A stretch of 64,000 nt of DNA from a virus. The stretch covers positions 1 to 64,000 of IMG/VR virus record IMGVR_UViG_3300028388_003280; one strand, given 5' to 3'. A program made the position numbers and the translations under genes. Positions within the stretch are counted from its first letter, which is position 1; every line of letters begins with the position of its first letter. Shown here piece by piece: positions 1-10,462 of this stretch. Below the pieces are notes generated by a model. It ran no database searches and had not been told where the DNA came from. It worked only from the letters and a program-made list of their open reading frames with translations.

Positions 1-594
1 CGCCAGCAGATTCGCACCACCCACAACGGTGCTCGTCTCTATGCTCGCCTCTTCATGGAGGATATGGAGCAGCAGTTCGGCCAGGACGAACGTCTGTGGC
101 CTGGCTTCACGGTGAGCAATTCCCTTGACGGCACCCGCAAGCATGCCGCAGAGGTCACTCTGATGCGACTCGTGTGCACCAACGGAATGCGCGTGCCCAG
201 TGCGGTTGCTTCTTTCAGTGCACGCCACACCAAGAATGCTGATTACGATCAGTCGGTTGGCAAGATCCTCGAGTTCCTGGATGCACCCGAGTCCTTCGAG
301 TTCATCGCCAACTGGAATCAGCAGGCTGGACCGAACAAGCGTGATACGGACGCCGTGATCGAGGCTGTGGAAGAGCTCGTCGACACGGCTGGCTGCCGCT
401 TCCCGAAGCGCTATGCCGACGACGTTGCTGACTACTACCAGCACGCCGAGGACGGCTTCACTGTCTGGAACTTCTACAACTCCTTCAACAGTGTGATCGA
501 GCACGACATCGCTGGAGACAAGGGCAAGGTCGAGCGTGCCCGCGAGCTGGACGCCAACATCTTCGACACGTTCAGCAAGGTTTACCCGAACTGA
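1..594 (+). CDS. DUF932-like phage/plasmid protein (5' partial)
   Basis: Frame is open from base 1; NSLDG...RLVCTNGM and TVWNFYNSFN motifs are typical of the DUF932 family. Confidence 0.7.
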   Translation, partial: RQQIRTTHNGARLYARLFMEDMEQQFGQDERLWPGFTVSNSLDGTRKHAAEVTLMRLVCTNGMRVPSAVASFSARHTKNADYDQSVGKILEFLDAPESFEFIANWNQQAGPNKRDTDAVIEAVEELVDTAGCRFPKRYADDVADYYQHAEDGFTVWNFYNSFNSVIEHDIAGDKGKVERARELDANIFDTFSKVYPN

Positions 595-629
595 TCTAGC
601 CCCACACCCAAGCCAGAGAGGTCTTTCTT

Positions 630-2201
630 GTGACCTACGGCAAGGTCATTCACCCCAAGAAGGGTAAGATCCCACTCGAGCCGTTCCCCTTCCAGTCTCA
701 CACTATCAAGCAGTATCAGCAGCACCGGTTCAACATCATCCTCAAGACACGTCAGCTAGGTCTATCTACGATCACGGCTGGTTACGTTGCGTGGCTCCTC
801 ACGTTCCATGGCGGCCAGAACGTCGCAGTTGTTGCCAACAAGGAACGCGTAGCCCAGAACTTCGTCAAGAAAGTCAGGACGTTCGTCAAGAACCTTCCGC
901 CTTGGCTGGCGACTCCGATCAAGGGCGACAACGTCGGCACCCTAGAGCTCGCTAATGAGAGCAAGGTCACGGCTCACGCAACCACATCCGACTCAGCTCG
1001 TTCAGAATCACTCTCCCTGCTGGTCATCGACGAAGCGGCTGTCATCGAGTCCCACAAGGTCGACGATCTCTGGGCCGCTGTTTTCCCTACGCTATCACTT
1101 GGTGGCAACGCAATCATCATCAGCACCCCCAAGGGCCAAGGCAACTGGTACCATAGGCAGTGGGTGCTTGCCGAGTCAAACGAGTCAGACTTCAACCCCA
1201 TCCAGCTGCACTGGACTCAACATCCGTGGTTTGCTGAAGGTGTCACGTATGACGAGAAGGGATACCCAACCTCACCATGGTACGAGGCACAGAAGCGTGA
1301 GCTAGCAGATCCCCGCAAGATCGCACAAGAGCTCGACTGTGACTTTATCGGCTCAGGCGACAACGTCATTGACGGTGAAACCATGAAGGAGCTCGAGAAG
1401 CTTCTTGAGGTACCAAAGGAAACGTGGGGCTTCGACCACAACACGTGGATCTGGGAGAGACCGATCGATGGTGAGGAATACATTGTGGCAGCCGATGTTG
1501 CTCGCGGAGATGCCGAGGACTATTCAGCAGCCGTCGTTATCAAGAGGTCAACGAATGAGCAGGTTGCCGAGTACAAAGGCCAGCTGCCTCCCGATATGTA
1601 TGCCGATCTCTTGGTTGAGCTTGCCAGTATGTATAACGTGGCGCTCCTGGCGACTGAGGCAAACAATATCGGTTACGCAACCTGCTTGAAGATCGTTGAA
1701 CATAGATATCCGAACATCTTCTATTCGATGCCGTCTCACTTCAACCCTCGCAACCGCAAGTGGATGGAGCGCAACCTGACCAACGAGAACAGCATGGTTC
1801 CGGGTTTCCAGACAACAGCCGCTAACCGTCCGCTGTTGGTCACGGCTCTTGAAGAGGCACTACGGACAGGTCGAGTTCGCATCAGGTCTAAGCGACTGTA
1901 CAACGAACTCAACACGTTCATTTGGAAGAACGGCAAGGCGCAGGCACAGGACGGTTTCAACGACGACCTATGCATGGCATTGGGCATTGGACAGCTTATC
2001 ATTGGCACCATGCTTGTGGATGTTGAGAATGCAAAGAAGCGCACCCTGGCCATGATTGACTCGTTTAGTTCTACACAGAACACCGCGCCAGTAGAGCAGC
2101 AGTTCCGCTCCGTTGACAAGGATCCATACAAGATCCAAATGCCCGACGGATCAGAAGAAGACTTACGTGGATGGCTTATCGACATGCCGTCGAAGGGATA
2201 G
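630..2201 (+). CDS. gp17: terminase large subunit (T4 gp17-like)
   Basis: KTRQLGLST Walker A variant, LLVIDEAA Walker B, ISTP coupling motif, nuclease motifs ADVARG..DYS and DDL; GTG start preceded by GAGG. Confidence 0.95.
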   Translation: MTYGKVIHPKKGKIPLEPFPFQSHTIKQYQQHRFNIILKTRQLGLSTITAGYVAWLLTFHGGQNVAVVANKERVAQNFVKKVRTFVKNLPPWLATPIKGDNVGTLELANESKVTAHATTSDSARSESLSLLVIDEAAVIESHKVDDLWAAVFPTLSLGGNAIIISTPKGQGNWYHRQWVLAESNESDFNPIQLHWTQHPWFAEGVTYDEKGYPTSPWYEAQKRELADPRKIAQELDCDFIGSGDNVIDGETMKELEKLLEVPKETWGFDHNTWIWERPIDGEEYIVAADVARGDAEDYSAAVVIKRSTNEQVAEYKGQLPPDMYADLLVELASMYNVALLATEANNIGYATCLKIVEHRYPNIFYSMPSHFNPRNRKWMERNLTNENSMVPGFQTTAANRPLLVTALEEALRTGRVRIRSKRLYNELNTFIWKNGKAQAQDGFNDDLCMALGIGQLIIGTMLVDVENAKKRTLAMIDSFSSTQNTAPVEQQFRSVDKDPYKIQMPDGSEEDLRGWLIDMPSKG

Positions 2202-2204
2202 ACA

Positions 2205-3989
2205 ATGGCAAATCCGTATGGACCAATTGCTGGCCAAGATCAGCGAGCACCATTTGACGCAGCGAACGTGCAGCAGTGGGACCTACCCAAGAAGCTAACA
2301 TACTTCATGAAGGTGGGTATTGGCAGGTCGAGCAGCCTAAAGCCGCCCAAGCTTGATGCACCAACTTCCCAGAAGCACAAGGAGATCTTACAGGCCCAGT
2401 TTGAGAAGGCCACCAACGATTACTACATGCGACTCACGGAAATCGATCCTGACCGCATGCGTGCGTATGAAGACTTTGAGGCAATGGAGTACACTCCAGA
2501 GATCGCCTCTGCGCTCGACATCTATGCTGATGAGTGTCTCACTGAAGATTCAATGGGCAAGATCATTAACATCAAGACCACTAACCAGCGTGTGCGTAAG
2601 GAACTTGAGCGCCTTTTTGACGACGTCCTAGATGTCCGTCGCAATCTGTGGGGCTGGATCCGAGCAATGTGTAAGTACGGCAACCACTACCTACTCCTTG
2701 ATGTTGATGAGGAGCGCGGAGTTGTGGGCCATATGACCCTCCCAGCAAAGGAAATGCAGCGCGAAGAGGCATATGACGGCAATCTGAATTCAGTGAAGTT
2801 CCGCTGGGATACAAACAACCTTGAGTTTGATGCCTGGCAGCTTGCTCACTTCCGCCTACTAAACGACGACAAGCGTTATCCATATGGCACCTCGATGCTT
2901 GAGTCTGCTCGCCGCATCTGGAAGCAGCTTACTCTCGCTGAGGACGCCATGATCGTCTATCGACTAACCCGCGCCCCTGAGCGTCGCATCTTCAAGATCG
3001 ACGTCGGCAACATCGACCCCAATGATGTGCAGCAGTATATGGAGAAGGTCAAGCGCACAATGAAGCGCACACCTGCTGTTGAGCACACCACGGGCAAGGT
3101 TTCATTCAAGTACAACGTCATGAGCGTCGATGAGGATTACTTCATCCCCGTACGCGGTGATAGATCGTCAGACATTGAAACCTTGCAGGGTGCTTCAAAC
3201 ATGGACGAAATCGCGGACATCGAGTATCTGCAGCAGAAGATGTTCGCGGCAATGAAGATTCCCAAGGCCTTCCTTACATACGAGGAAGATGTCAATGCTA
3301 AGGCAACACTAGCGGGTCAGGACAGTCGCTTCGCACGGACGATTCAGCGTATTCAGGGCTCAGTCGTTGCTGAGCTCACCAAGATCGCATTGATTCATCT
3401 ATACACGATCGGCATCCGCGACCGAGACCAGCTCGGAGAGTTTGCTATCGAGCTCAGCAACCCGAACAGTGCACTAGAGCTCGAGCAGCTTGAACAGATG
3501 TCAACAAAGGCCAGAACGCTCAGAGACCTCTGGGATGAGACTAGCCTGTCTCCCGTTTCCCTCGTATGGGCACTGCGTAATGTTATGGGCTTCAGCGATC
3601 AAGAGATCAAGCTAGTTCTCAAGCAGCAGTACCTCGAAGGCAAGATCAACCTCAAGATGGAGGAAGACAACACACCCGAGTACGAGAAGGAAATGGGCGG
3701 CAATGCTCCTGCCGATGCCGGCCGTGAAGGTGGATTTGACAACCAACCTAAGGAAGGCCGCTTGAGGTCTCCAATGCAATATCTCAATGCGGATCAGTTT
3801 GATGAACACCTCGATGCAATGCTAAAGGTGTCGAAGGCAGTAGAAGCTGTTCCGCTCCATGAGAATGAGGAAGACGAGAACCCACTCGTTGAATCGAACA
3901 ACGTCAGCAACGAGCGCATGATTAACCTGTTGACGGAAGTTGACTCTCTGATTAAGAGAGTAGATCTTTCAGGAGTGAAGCTAACATGA
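2205..3989 (+). CDS. gp20: portal protein (T4 gp20-like)
   Basis: EDAMIVYRLTRAPERRIFKIDVGN, EDYFIP and IETLQG motifs; follows the terminase. Confidence 0.95.
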   Translation: MANPYGPIAGQDQRAPFDAANVQQWDLPKKLTYFMKVGIGRSSSLKPPKLDAPTSQKHKEILQAQFEKATNDYYMRLTEIDPDRMRAYEDFEAMEYTPEIASALDIYADECLTEDSMGKIINIKTTNQRVRKELERLFDDVLDVRRNLWGWIRAMCKYGNHYLLLDVDEERGVVGHMTLPAKEMQREEAYDGNLNSVKFRWDTNNLEFDAWQLAHFRLLNDDKRYPYGTSMLESARRIWKQLTLAEDAMIVYRLTRAPERRIFKIDVGNIDPNDVQQYMEKVKRTMKRTPAVEHTTGKVSFKYNVMSVDEDYFIPVRGDRSSDIETLQGASNMDEIADIEYLQQKMFAAMKIPKAFLTYEEDVNAKATLAGQDSRFARTIQRIQGSVVAELTKIALIHLYTIGIRDRDQLGEFAIELSNPNSALELEQLEQMSTKARTLRDLWDETSLSPVSLVWALRNVMGFSDQEIKLVLKQQYLEGKINLKMEEDNTPEYEKEMGGNAPADAGREGGFDNQPKEGRLRSPMQYLNADQFDEHLDAMLKVSKAVEAVPLHENEEDENPLVESNNVSNERMINLLTEVDSLIKRVDLSGVKLT

Positions 3990-4798
3990 GCTTTGGATCA
4001 CTACAGCGCGCCTTCTCAGCAAACTGTGTAAAGTTGATGATTGAGGGCAATGAGGCACAGGCAAAGGAAGACCTGCGCGAGTACATCGACTATCTTAGGT
4101 CGAAGGAGCCGCTGCTACGGCAGTTCCACGTATACGAGAACATCCTTAGGCATGAGGAGCCCGACCGAGAGCTTGCGATCATGTTCATTCGCGAATCGCT
4201 CGCCCAACTGGAAGATCTAACGCGTGGTGACATCCTCACACACAACACACTCTTGCGCCATCGGTTCAATCTTCAGGCTGAAGCTACTGAGCTCGACAAG
4301 GCTCTAGATCTTCTCGTCGAAGCTAAGGTGTCAGATTTCAACTACGATACTAGCCGCACCTCGAAGGCCTTCAAAGTGGTGTTAGAGCATGTCATGGCGC
4401 CCAAGCCCGAGCAGCAGCCACTCCAGGAAATGCTCACGAAGCGTAATCAGTTTGGCGATGCTAACCTCGAGTTCTTCACGCCACAGGATGTCGTCCGCAT
4501 CGGCGTCAAGAAGTTCAACAAGGAGTTCGGCCCACTGTTTACTGAAGCAGAGCGCACCATGTTCCGCAAGCTTCAGGAAGCGGAGGCCAACAATACTCTC
4601 ACAGAGCTTTACGAGTCCGAGTATGCAGACATGGAGAAGCGGGTGGATGCGTTTGTCAATGAGGATCTCGACGAAGACCTCATCCGCAACATTGTGCTCG
4701 CCAAGAAGAAGCTGAAGGATCAGGTGTCCGTTGACAACCTGCTCAACATTTTTGAGCTCAAGACACAGATCGAGGAGTTGCAGAATGAAGCTAGGTGA
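3986..4798 (+). CDS. hypothetical helical head-cluster protein
   Basis: 270 aa ORF overlapping the portal stop (ATGA), lying between portal and protease. Confidence 0.7.
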   Translation: MSFGSLQRAFSANCVKLMIEGNEAQAKEDLREYIDYLRSKEPLLRQFHVYENILRHEEPDRELAIMFIRESLAQLEDLTRGDILTHNTLLRHRFNLQAEATELDKALDLLVEAKVSDFNYDTSRTSKAFKVVLEHVMAPKPEQQPLQEMLTKRNQFGDANLEFFTPQDVVRIGVKKFNKEFGPLFTEAERTMFRKLQEAEANNTLTELYESEYADMEKRVDAFVNEDLDEDLIRNIVLAKKKLKDQVSVDNLLNIFELKTQIEELQNEAR

Positions 4799-5777
4799 TT
4801 TCGCAGAGCAGATCGGAAAAGAAGCGAACCGCGCCCTCGGCCGGCCTGGAATTGCACAAGAAGGTTTTGCCTCCCCCTGGGAGCTCGTCAAGATGCGTGC
4901 AATTCGAGGTACAGCCGCCGCTAAGACTGCTGCTGCATCCTGGCGCCTCCGCGCACCATCCAGCATGCGCAAATACGATATCAAAGAGCGAGGCGTAAAG
5001 AGCGACAAAGCAATCGCCGACGCAGTCGAAAACCAGTTGAAGAAACTGGGAAAGCCTATGAAATTCAAAGATCCAGAAACTGGTATACCTTCGTTTGGGT
5101 ATCGTGTGAAGAGTGTATTTGTTGAAAAGCTTTCAGACTTTGCATATGACTTCTATACGTGGCGCAAGGCTAAGGCGGCATTCAAGCTGGGAGAGTCAAG
5201 AGAAATGAAGCTAACTGATCTAATCACTGAAGGCGAGTTCGGACCTGGCAGCCCAAGTAATCCTGTGCGTGTTCCAAGCCCAGCTTGGAAGGCCAATATG
5301 GGAACCATTGAGAACAAGCGCCGGCCAGAATCGCTGTACATTACCATGTCAACGTGGGTAAAGCCTAAGTTGAGTGTCACCACGGCGTCAGCTCTTGGGT
5401 CGGCCGACCCAGAGGACGTTGCCATTGCTGCAGCTAAGGAGCTCGATGCTGAACTGCGAAGGATGCGGTCTAAGCTGCCTGGATTTTTCAATAGTTTGTA
5501 CTTTGATGTAGACAGCATCATATTTACATACGACTTTGCATACGAGCACGCGGCTCCCGGCAAGGCACAGTTCTTAGAGCTTGAGATCAATGTAGATACG
5601 GTCAACACGATCGATGCAGATGATCGCCCGGCGCCGAATCCGAAGACTGGCAAGGTTGAGATGCTTCACCTTGACGCCTTCAAGAAGCCGGTTGCGGACG
5701 CTGTCGCAAAGATCTTGCAACAGCAGATGTTTGCTCGGTCGGCGAACCTCGACTTTCAGAAGACCAAGAGGCGATAA
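4785..5777 (+). CDS. hypothetical two-module head-cluster protein
   Basis: Likely ATG at 4785 (MKLGDFAE); a second MKLTDLITE start-like module is in frame at 5205. Confidence 0.65.
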   Translation: MKLGDFAEQIGKEANRALGRPGIAQEGFASPWELVKMRAIRGTAAAKTAAASWRLRAPSSMRKYDIKERGVKSDKAIADAVENQLKKLGKPMKFKDPETGIPSFGYRVKSVFVEKLSDFAYDFYTWRKAKAAFKLGESREMKLTDLITEGEFGPGSPSNPVRVPSPAWKANMGTIENKRRPESLYITMSTWVKPKLSVTTASALGSADPEDVAIAAAKELDAELRRMRSKLPGFFNSLYFDVDSIIFTYDFAYEHAAPGKAQFLELEINVDTVNTIDADDRPAPNPKTGKVEMLHLDAFKKPVADAVAKILQQQMFARSANLDFQKTKRR

Positions 5778-6376
5778 TGAACAAGCTGGTATTGACAGAG
5801 TGGTGTGAGCTTCAGCTTACGCCTGAAGTCATTGAGGAGGCGAAGACCTCCTCAGGGCCTCTCGTTCTCTCCAACAAGGTCCTGCAGCGTGCCAACACAA
5901 AGAATCACAACGGCCGAATTTACCCGGCCGAAATCCTCATGCGTGAGGTCAAGAAGTATTCACAACTCGTCAATGAGCGTAGAGCCATTGGTGAGCTCGA
6001 CCACCCCGATAGCCCCGTCGTTGAATTGAAGAACGCAGCACTGCTCGTTACTGAGATTCACATGGAGGGCGACGAGGTTCGGGGTGATGTCGAGGTATTG
6101 AACACACCACAGGGCGAGATCCTCAAGAACTTGGCACTTCAGGGCGTCAAGCTTGGTATCTCCTCGCGTGGTGTTGGTTCACTAAGACAAGAGTCGGACG
6201 GTGATATGGTTCAAGACGATTTTGAGCTGATTGCCTTCGACGCGGTTTCGTCACCATCAACGCCAGGCGCATACCTAGTGACCGAGGGTAAGCTGAATCA
6301 GGTTGACAGATATAACGACCTCAGAAGCGTCCTGTATGACATCAATGGCGAAGACTACTTCGGTGGTCACCGATAA
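5777..6376 (+). CDS. gp21: prohead core protease (T4 gp21-like)
   Basis: NHNGRIYP, GELDHP, LGISSRGVGS, FDAVSSPS motifs. Confidence 0.95.
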   Translation: MNKLVLTEWCELQLTPEVIEEAKTSSGPLVLSNKVLQRANTKNHNGRIYPAEILMREVKKYSQLVNERRAIGELDHPDSPVVELKNAALLVTEIHMEGDEVRGDVEVLNTPQGEILKNLALQGVKLGISSRGVGSLRQESDGDMVQDDFELIAFDAVSSPSTPGAYLVTEGKLNQVDRYNDLRSVLYDINGEDYFGGHR

Positions 6377-6397
6377 GCACTTAGGAGTGTTGTACAC

Positions 6398-7723
6398 ATG
6401 AGCAAGAAGAAGGACATCGTCAAAGATGCATTGCTTACGGCCAGGGACCTGGAGATTGCCGCAAAGAGCAATGCCCAGGACGTCGTCATTGAGGCGTTCA
6501 CCCCTCGGCTAACCGATGTCATCCGTCAGACTCTAGCTGAGGAGGGCCCAGGCCCACAGCTTGATGATCCCGTTACCGACCTCGCCAAGGGTGAGGAAGA
6601 AGAGACCGAGTCATCTGAGGTCCAGAATGATGGACAGGTTTCTGACGGACACCCAGAGAGCATCACACCTGATGCAGGTGAAAATGAACTCAGGGGTAAG
6701 GGAAAGAAGCACAAGCTAGATCGCCCAGCTCCCGCTCCCGGTCAGATGACCGAGGAAGAGGACGAGGACATGGATCTCGACATGGTTGACGAGGACGAAG
6801 ATATGGACCTCGACGATCTTGACGATGAGATGGAAGAGGGCTACGGCAAAAAGAAGAAGATGAAGGAAGATGATGGCCGCGATGTTGGAAAGCAGCCCGG
6901 CTACACTCCCCGTGATGGTGGCGTAGACCACGATGAGACCAAGCTTGACGAGTCGGATGACATGGAAGATGAAATGGACATGGACGACGATGATGAACTC
7001 GAGCTTGAAATGGATGACCTTGAGGATGACGGTGAAATGGATTCCGTCGATCCTGAAGACGACGTCTTCGAAGCTGACGAAGACGGTGAAGACGAGGAAC
7101 TCGAGATTCCTGACGAGCTATTCGACGACGTAGACGATCAGGACGTCGAGGGTGCCGAGGACATGGACGAAGAGCCCATGGACGATGAAGAGCCCGAGAT
7201 GGAAGAAGACGAGGAACTCGACCTAGATGTTGTCGACGATGAAGCAGACATGGACATGGACGACATGGGTGACGAGGACATGATGGAGGATGGCCTGTAT
7301 GTTCGCAAGGAAGGCGAATTCCAGAAGGTCGATCCTGCTGATGCCCTTGAGTCACGAATCAATGACCTCGAAGAAGAGAGGGAGAAGTTGGCCAACGCCG
7401 TTGGCACCCTGCGTGGACAGCTTGGCGAAGTGAACTTGTTCAACGCTAAGATGTCACATCTTGTGAAGCTCTACGAGTCAGGATGGTTCAGCACCCGCGA
7501 GAAGCGTCGCATTGCTGAGCGTCTAGATCGTTGCAGCTCGATCAAGCAGGTCAAGGCAGTGTACAAGAATATCGTAGGTGAAGCACAGGACCGCACGGTT
7601 CTGGACGACATCCACGATACGATCACTGAATCACGCGTCCGTCGCAGTTCAAAGCCAACGGGCGAAGCAGTATACGAGTCTGACGAAGTGCGCAGAATGC
7701 GCCGCATCGCAGGCATCGAATAA
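6398..7723 (+). CDS. acidic prohead scaffold/core protein
   Basis: Highly D/E-rich with a coiled-coil C-terminus (EVNLFNAK) and terminal RRMRRIAGIE; lies between protease and capsid genes. Confidence 0.8.
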   Translation: MSKKKDIVKDALLTARDLEIAAKSNAQDVVIEAFTPRLTDVIRQTLAEEGPGPQLDDPVTDLAKGEEEETESSEVQNDGQVSDGHPESITPDAGENELRGKGKKHKLDRPAPAPGQMTEEEDEDMDLDMVDEDEDMDLDDLDDEMEEGYGKKKKMKEDDGRDVGKQPGYTPRDGGVDHDETKLDESDDMEDEMDMDDDDELELEMDDLEDDGEMDSVDPEDDVFEADEDGEDEELEIPDELFDDVDDQDVEGAEDMDEEPMDDEEPEMEEDEELDLDVVDDEADMDMDDMGDEDMMEDGLYVRKEGEFQKVDPADALESRINDLEEEREKLANAVGTLRGQLGEVNLFNAKMSHLVKLYESGWFSTREKRRIAERLDRCSSIKQVKAVYKNIVGEAQDRTVLDDIHDTITESRVRRSSKPTGEAVYESDEVRRMRRIAGIE

Positions 7724-7748
7724 CAATCAACAACAGGAGTAAGTCACA

Positions 7749-9245
7749 ATGAGTGAACTTCTACGTAGCGGTCAGGTTGGTAACATCCAGCTCCGCACAC
7801 TACAAGAGCAGAGAGGCCTTGTTGTTGATCGCTGGGAGAAGACCGGTCTTCTCGAGGGCCTTAAGGGTTCGCAGCGCAGCAACGTTGCGCAGCTCCTCGA
7901 GAACCAGGCAGGTTATCTCGCCGAGTCAACTCAGACCGCAGACGTCCAGGGATTCGACATCGTCGCCTTCCCAATGGTTCGCCGCGTGTTCTCGCGTCTA
8001 CTCGCTAACGAGATCGTCAGCGTTCAGCCAATGAGCCTTCCTACCGGCCTGATCTTCTACATCGATCATCAGGTTGAGACTTCACCGGGCAGTGGTAGCT
8101 ACACATCTGTGTATGACCTCCACTACAACAACGGTGGCTACAACAACGCCAAGGGCGCTGCTACTACCGTTCAGGAATCTGTTACGGGCGCTGTTTCAAA
8201 CAACGTCGCCGTGATGCCGTACTCTGGTGGTGTCGAAGGCCTAACCAGCCTTAGCGTCATCGGTTACTCCGGTGTCACCGTTGCAGGCTCGGACTCGGGT
8301 AGCAGCATCGACTACGTCATCAACCCACAGACCTGGACCGAGGATCTATTCCGCCAGAACCAGGTCAGCATCACCGTGCCCGACACGATGACACAGGATG
8401 ATGGCAATACTGGTGCGGTTAACTACGTCCGCGCCCAGTGGGAGAGCTACGAGGATCTTGAGGCTAACTCAGGAATGGGTCAGGTCAAGCTCACGGTCAG
8501 CTCTGTCACCGTACAGGTCGCTAGCCGTAAGCTCAAGGCCGTCTGGACGCCCGAGCTCGCGCAGGATCTCGCCGCTTATCACAGCGTCGACGCCGAGGCT
8601 GAGCTCACTGCTCTCCTTTCTGAGGAGCTTGCAGCTGAGATCGACCGTGAGATCATCCGCGACCTCATCGCCGTCGCTCCGTTCGAGCTAACCTGGAACT
8701 ACAGCCGTACAGCTGTTGCTCAGGACTCTGCTGGACGCACCATTGCAGGCGACCCTGCATCTGGCTACGTCACGCAGAAGGAATGGAACCAGACCCTTCT
8801 TACCGCTATCAACAAGGTCTCTGCTGAGATCCACAAGCGCTCGCTCCGTGGCGGCGCCAACTGGATCGTCTGCTCGACTGAGGTTGGTTCGGTCATCGAC
8901 GACATCGAGAAGTTCCACGGTGTCAACGATGCAGAGGCTCAGGAGTTCAACATGGGTATCGAGCAGCTTGGTACGCTCGGTGTGAGGTACAAGGTCTACA
9001 AGGATCCTTACCTCCCACAGAACATCTGCCTGCTCGGGCACAAGGGTAGCAACTTCATGGATACCGGATACGTGTACGCCCCGTACATCCCGTTCCAGCT
9101 CACCCCTGCTGTCCTTGATCCGGATGACTTCACTCCGCGTAAGGGTATCATGACCCGCTACGCGAAGAAGGTCGTCAACAACAAGTACTTCGGTCTTGTT
9201 CGGGTCAACTTCCCTGACACCTACGACGTCATCAACAACCTCTAA
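7749..9245 (+). CDS. gp23: major capsid protein (T4 gp23-like)
   Basis: LLENQ, FPMVRRVF, VSVQPM..PTGLIFY, RKLKAVWTPELAQDL, EIDREI, YAPYIP, PRKGIMTRY. Confidence 0.97.
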   Translation: MSELLRSGQVGNIQLRTLQEQRGLVVDRWEKTGLLEGLKGSQRSNVAQLLENQAGYLAESTQTADVQGFDIVAFPMVRRVFSRLLANEIVSVQPMSLPTGLIFYIDHQVETSPGSGSYTSVYDLHYNNGGYNNAKGAATTVQESVTGAVSNNVAVMPYSGGVEGLTSLSVIGYSGVTVAGSDSGSSIDYVINPQTWTEDLFRQNQVSITVPDTMTQDDGNTGAVNYVRAQWESYEDLEANSGMGQVKLTVSSVTVQVASRKLKAVWTPELAQDLAAYHSVDAEAELTALLSEELAAEIDREIIRDLIAVAPFELTWNYSRTAVAQDSAGRTIAGDPASGYVTQKEWNQTLLTAINKVSAEIHKRSLRGGANWIVCSTEVGSVIDDIEKFHGVNDAEAQEFNMGIEQLGTLGVRYKVYKDPYLPQNICLLGHKGSNFMDTGYVYAPYIPFQLTPAVLDPDDFTPRKGIMTRYAKKVVNNKYFGLVRVNFPDTYDVINNL

Positions 9246-9272
9246 TCGAGGGATGACTGACTAGCGATACAG

Positions 9273-9300
9273 GAGGGGCTGCTTCGGCAGCCCCTTCTTG
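9273..9300 (+). terminator. intrinsic terminator after the capsid gene
   Basis: GGGGCTGC-TTCG-GCAGCCCC stem-loop followed by TTCTTG. Confidence 0.85.
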
Positions 9301-9333
9301 TATGTGCAACAGGATCCTGCTGTTTCGCGCGCG

Positions 9334-9339
9334 TATTTA
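9334..9339 (+). promoter_or_regulatory. putative late promoter TATTTA
   Basis: Motif recurs just upstream of many gene starts. Confidence 0.6.
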
Positions 9340-9361
9340 TACGTGAATCGAACCATGCGAG

Positions 9362-10441
9362 GTGCAGATGTCTGATCTATCAATCACAAGCGCAACGGTA
9401 CAGTCGGTGACTCAATGGGTCGTTCATCGTCTAGGTTACCCGGTTGTATCTGTAGAGCTTGACGACAAGCAGCTCGAGTACGCGTTCAATGAATCTGTTG
9501 AGCAGCTGAGCTACTATTTGGTCGAGTGGTCGATGCGAAACAACATCGCCAACGCCCTCGGTTTACCGTCAAATCAAGACTTCAGCCGTATCTTCGTTGT
9601 CCAGGACTTCGAGTTTAGCCGAGCCCTAGCACAAGCATATTCAGTTCAGGCCGGCGTTGGTGGTGACATCCCCGTCAACAAAGACTTCTTTATCCTGACC
9701 GGTGGAACACAGGAATACACAATCCCGTCTGGCCGTACAGTAACTGATGTCATGTGGGTGGAGCCCGCTGCGATTGATCGGTATCTTGTTGACCCGTATG
9801 CCAATGCCAATTGGGCACAGACCGAGTTCGGCTTCGCATATATGGGCAACAGCCTAACCTACATCACACCCGTCTATTGGTCACTCTATCACGCCCAGGA
9901 CTTCGAGCTCCGTAACCGCGTCCGCCGCGGCGATTACAGTTACAAGCTTCTCCCTTCTTCAACATTTCCAGATGATGGAACACAAATTGCCACACTATAT
10001 CCAGTCCCTGGAGACAAGGACAATGGCAAAGGCGTCTGGTATTTCTATTGGGACAATGATGATCTAAACAAGTATGCTGATGGTACTCCTGGTGAGCTCG
10101 TTTCAAGCCCAGGTGATATCAGGATTGACGAGATTCCATACAGCGCAATGAATTCATGGGCACAGTTTTGGATCAAGAATTACACGCTTGCCGTTGCAAA
10201 GGAGATCCTCGGCAGAATTCGGGGCAAGTTCAATAGTTTGCCAATCCCCGATGCTGACGTTCAGATGGATGCTCAGGATCTTCTACAAGAAGGTAAGGAA
10301 GAGCAGCAGTCGCTTATTCAGGATCTTAGCGACGAACTCGACAAGCTTGACTACAGTTCATTCCTTGAAGATGCTGCTGGCGACGCAGAGAATCTAAATA
10401 GGCAGCTGTCGTTTAATCCCGGCGGCATTTTCTTAGGGTAG
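9362..10441 (+). CDS. neck / head-tail adaptor protein (gp13-like)
   Basis: RLGYPVVSVELDDKQL N-terminus and WIKNYTLAVAKEILGRIRGKF C-terminus; position after capsid gene. Confidence 0.8.
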   Translation: MQMSDLSITSATVQSVTQWVVHRLGYPVVSVELDDKQLEYAFNESVEQLSYYLVEWSMRNNIANALGLPSNQDFSRIFVVQDFEFSRALAQAYSVQAGVGGDIPVNKDFFILTGGTQEYTIPSGRTVTDVMWVEPAAIDRYLVDPYANANWAQTEFGFAYMGNSLTYITPVYWSLYHAQDFELRNRVRRGDYSYKLLPSSTFPDDGTQIATLYPVPGDKDNGKGVWYFYWDNDDLNKYADGTPGELVSSPGDIRIDEIPYSAMNSWAQFWIKNYTLAVAKEILGRIRGKFNSLPIPDADVQMDAQDLLQEGKEEQQSLIQDLSDELDKLDYSSFLEDAAGDAENLNRQLSFNPGGIFLG

Positions 10442-10462
10442 TCTAAACCCAGGAGGAGGGTT

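Noticed and set aside
5521-5526. TATTTA inside coding sequence (also near 24205)
   Set aside because: Far from the next start codon and explainable by the protein sequence, so not counted as promoters
6750-7290. GAC/GAG/ATG-rich quasi-repeats resembling a repeat array
   Set aside because: They encode the D/E/M low-complexity region of the scaffold, with no fixed repeat-spacer period
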